Shown one piece after another: positions 60,190 through 64,000 of a stretch of 64,000 nucleotides of DNA. The translations under genes and the position numbers were made by a program. The stretch is from Eledone cirrhosa (taxonomy: Eukaryota), in the NCBI GenBank assembly GCA_964016885.1, contig OZ024742.1, forward strand, positions 53,940,001-54,004,000. Reading direction: 5' to 3'. Each line of letters starts with the position of its first letter. Position 1 is the first letter of the stretch. The notes beneath the pieces were generated by a model that saw only the letters and a list, made by a program, of their open reading frames with translations, did no database searches and was not told the DNA's origin.

Positions 60190-61143
60190 TCTCTCCCCCA
60201 CTCTCTCTCTTTCTCTCCCTTTCTCACAAGGAGAGAAACGTTATATTAGTTTCACGCTTCAGAGTGAAACTAATATAACTGTGTACAATTGCCTTTGTGT
60301 TTTGTTTGTTCATTTTCAACTACACACACTCACGGACACGGACACACATGTACACACACACATACACACACCCACACATATATATATATGTATATGTATA
60401 TATGTATATGTATATATAGTCCACCGTGTGGTGTTTCTATAATCATATTTATTTTAGAAATTTCGCTTTACTTAAACATGCCTACACAAATATATTTTAT
60501 GTGTTCATGTTTACCAAATTTAAGGAATTTTCTCATAACGGCATTGCCACAGAAACATACCGGACACAAAATATTCACTAGAATATAAATCTGAAGTTAC
60601 AGATACGGATCTCATCAAATGATAAAAATGATAAATACATGCAATATGTTATATTTCAGAAGGTTATGCTAGATATATGGAGATATTTAAGAATATATAT
60701 TAGCAATAATATAATATGAGTGATCACTGAATAATCACCGGGAGGCATGTGTCAGCAAGGCTTCAGTTACATGCACAATTATGTAAAAACGGCTTTCAAA
60801 TCAAATGAATAGTAAATACGAGAACCTCGTAAACTTGTTTGATATATTTTCTGTTTTATGTCTTTCTCCGTCAATTTTCCTTTAATTCTACATTCGTACG
60901 TAAAATATGAATGGCTTTTAAGAATATAATTGTTTTCGGGAAGCAATAAAGTTTCTCCTATGATGAAGATATTTGGCGCAAAACGACCCCCCTCCCACTT
61001 CCAGGTTCCATAAAAGAAAAGGATATTTGCCTGTTTCCTGCGTCATCAATACAAAAATATTTGTAAAAATAAGTTTTAAATGGATGCGGCATGCGTGGTG
61101 ATTTCATCTATAATTCTACACTGCAATAAAACAATCAGCAGGA

Positions 61144-61221
<78 letters not shown>

Positions 61222-61246
61222 TACACACATATACATTTACAATAGT

Positions 61247-61290
61247 ACTACTGATGACGTCACAGGTGTGTGATGAAAGAACTTTGATAG
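61247..61290 (+). ncRNA. Hammerhead ribozyme related to the 4240/19375 type, stem I decayed
   Basis: CTGATGA-c-gtcaca ggtg tgtgat-GAAA-gaac-TT-tga. Confidence 0.55.
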
Positions 61291-61689
61291 ACTCTCTCTA
61301 TATGTGTTTATCAATGTACAGGCAGCACCACCAGTGTATGGAATCTATAAGCTAAGAAAGGTGAGGTAGACGCATAATAATAAAAAATATGAATCAGAAT
61401 GAATTTACCCACATTTATAGCCATATTTGTTTCGCCAAAAGATTAGTGTATGGAATGAAACACCCAGGTTCATGAGCGTGTGGTAAGTGAATACATTCCA
61501 GACAACTCTAAGAGAACGTAAGATAACTGCCTTGCAACATGTGGTAGAGAGAAAGAAATGCGTGCATGAGAGAGTAAACTAGTGACATGGGTGGGATGAG
61601 CGGCTAGAAATCGCAGCCCACAACCACTCAAATAAGGGTGCGCTATCAAACAGAGAGAGAGAGAAGACTGTTATTAGGAGCAATATATC

Positions 61690-61955
61690 AAAATAAATTA
61701 ACAGAGTCATAAACTCGCGTTAGTGCCTGTGAATTATGAGCTCAAAGGAAAAAGAATACTGGGCACTTCAAATATATGTAGAAAAGATAACACACGAGAG
61801 ACAGAGGTTTTCCCTGTACATTGACAAACACACAGAAACTCTCTCTCATGTGTTTTCTTTTCTACATATTATATTTGAAGTGGTCAGGATTCTTTTTCCT
61901 TGAGCTCATAATTTACAGGGACTAATGCGAATTTATGACTCCGTTAATTTATTTT
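61690..61955. repeat. Fold-back/MITE-like element (~120 bp arms)
   Basis: aaaataaattaacagagtcataaactcgc...gcgaatttatgactccgttaatttatttt. Confidence 0.78.
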
Positions 61956-61961
61956 AATATA

Positions 61962-62009
<48 letters not shown>

Positions 62010-62216
62010 TCTCCCCTTTGGTCGAGATGATTTGGTCGTTTGACTACTGCTATTTATAGTGGTAGTAGATTGACCTCCCTGCCTCTGCCTTCTATCTTTG
62101 CACTCGGCACTGGACAGAATTGCTTCCACATCATTCATTCTCATCTCGGGAACAATTTTGAATAGCGTCAGTTCGTAATTTGAACTCGGGAATTTTATAT
62201 TCTCCGAGTGAAAAAA

Positions 62217-62303
62217 ACCTTCTGACGAGAGTTCATCTTTTCAATGGAAGCCCGTAAGGACTATCCATTTATTTTTGAGACTCGAAACCGATTCGGTAAA
62301 GGT
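62217..62303 (+). ncRNA. Type I hammerhead ribozyme with extended GNRA-capped stem II
   Basis: acctt-CTGACGA-gagttca...aatgga ag c cc GTAA gg a ct a tccatt...tgagactc-GAAA-ccg att cgg-TA-aaggt. Confidence 0.85.
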
Positions 62304-62370
62304 AACCATAGTAAGTACAGTGAATTTTTTGAAATTTATTTTGAAACTTTTTCTTATTTGCTAAGCCTTG

Positions 62371-62517
<147 letters not shown>

Positions 62518-62747
62518 GAAAGCGATGAAGATTCGTTTACATGTATTGACCTCACACGTGCTTTTCGCAGAGGATTGGCTCAGAATCACCCATGGGAGTT
62601 ATGGACACGACTCCATTATCGATCTGGTCGTCAGACTAGCGATGCGACAAAAATAGTGTTTGTTGTGATTTGTGAATGATTGGTGTATATATAAACCTCT
62701 GCCCTATTGTTTTGTGTGGGCGTATGTGGGTGTTTTAGTTCGCACAC

Positions 62748-62884
<137 letters not shown>

Positions 62885-62925
62885 GGCTACAAGTTCGATT
62901 TATATCAATTATTATTACTATTATT

Positions 62926-63161
62926 GTTGTGCTATTTCGTTTAGCTCAGTTCTGTTTCTCTGTTGCCGGGTTCAGGCCCTGAACCTATGGCAATAGATGT
63001 TTTTATTGTAGAGAGAGAACTCGCCTGAGAATGTGTGTTGTTCCTAGTAGCCTGATCTTCTGTAGCTCATATTTGCTGATCTTGAAGAGAAGGACGATAA
63101 GGTTGCAGGTATGAGGATTTGGGTACTAATCCTAATGCTCATATTAGAACAGGGATAGTAC
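62926..63161 (-). mobile_element. R4/Dong-like family D 3' fragment between TTA tracts
   Basis: TIPVLI*ALGLVPK...YELQKIRLLGTTHILRRVLSLQ*. Confidence 0.7.
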
Positions 63162-63184
63162 TATTATTATTATTATTATTATTA

Positions 63185-64000
63185 CGATTTTTTCATTTAT
63201 CTTGCTTTATATTCATACGAGTTATCACCAAGTCACAACCAGTGACCTCAAGAGACAACAAGGTCTGCCATGATCAAGAAAAAAACACACACACACACAT
63301 GTATCATCAGGTGTTTACACTTGTGATATATTTATATTGACAGAATATTACTTAGTATATGGGCAGTTCCCATTAGTACTATCTTTTGTATTTCTTATAT
63401 ACGCGGGTTTCCTGGGATTTGGGATAAGAAATCATTAGACCTCTTAGGTATCATTCCTAGAGCGCCTACAACCACTGGTATTGTCTTACTTCTCAACTTC
63501 CACATTTTTCCAATCTCTATCTCCAGATTATACATGCTCAATTTTTCAAATGTTTTATAGATACATTCTTGTCTATAGGAAAGGTCATGTCACTTAGCAA
63601 GCATACTCTCTTTTTAAAGTCCTTCAGTATTATATCAGGTCTATTTTTCGGTCTGTTTTGATGCTAAAGTTCTACAAAATTGAGATGTGACCTTTTTCAA
63701 GTACGGGGATGGTTGAAGCTCACACCAATTCATTTGATGCGGCAGGTCAAAATGCTCACACATTACCCAATGTATGTATTATGCAGCTCTGTCGTCTCTG
63801 TTTGGGTATTCGGTTGGTGCTATAGGGCTGCACATTGAAATTATATGATCAATGGTCTCTGGTTGTTTTTTACATACACGGCATAATGGGTTGCATCCAT
63901 CTTTTATGATGTTGGCTTGATGAATTTTTGTTGGCAGACACTGATCTTGTGCTGATATAATCAGTCCTTCAGTCTCCGATTTCAGTCCAGAGGATGCCAC
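63185..64000 (-). mobile_element. R4/Dong-like family B 3' part (runs off the window)
   Basis: Homologous to 21018-21835. Contains CRVCKKQPETIDHIISMC. (TTA)n at 63162-63184. Confidence 0.9.

Noticed and set aside
62520-62645. Minus-strand CTGACGA...GAAA
   Set aside because: No convincing stem III/UH or stem I.

Overview
AT-rich, microsatellite-dense eukaryotic DNA with no recognisable host gene. The SINE and repeat content suggests a cephalopod or other mollusc (inference). The window is a collection of mobile elements that sort by microsatellite type. (1) (TAA)n/(TTA)n tracts carry stacked non-LTR retrotransposons: four Tx1/L1-clade copies (APE+RT; one or two near full length) and seven R4/Dong-like RLE copies or fragments from about four families. 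Wherever a tail is visible, Tx1 reads (TTA)n on its sense strand and Dong reads (TAA)n. (2) (TA)n tracts carry Penelope-like element (PLE) fragments, including a spacer-less 2 kb palindrome, and many short non-coding inserts. By eye I found about 17 type I hammerhead ribozyme (HHR) motifs from more than 10 apparently unrelated sequence families. Several have long or branched stem II domains or variant cores, and two sit in retrozyme-like tandem units. The Tx1 copies also show a conserved splice-donor/pyrimidine-tract/CAG arrangement at the ORF1-ORF2 boundary that would fuse the two ORFs in frame. Also present are tRNA-derived SINEs, RTE-like fragments, a non-autonomous Helitron and several fold-back elements. 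All structures and coordinates were read manually and may be off by a few bases.
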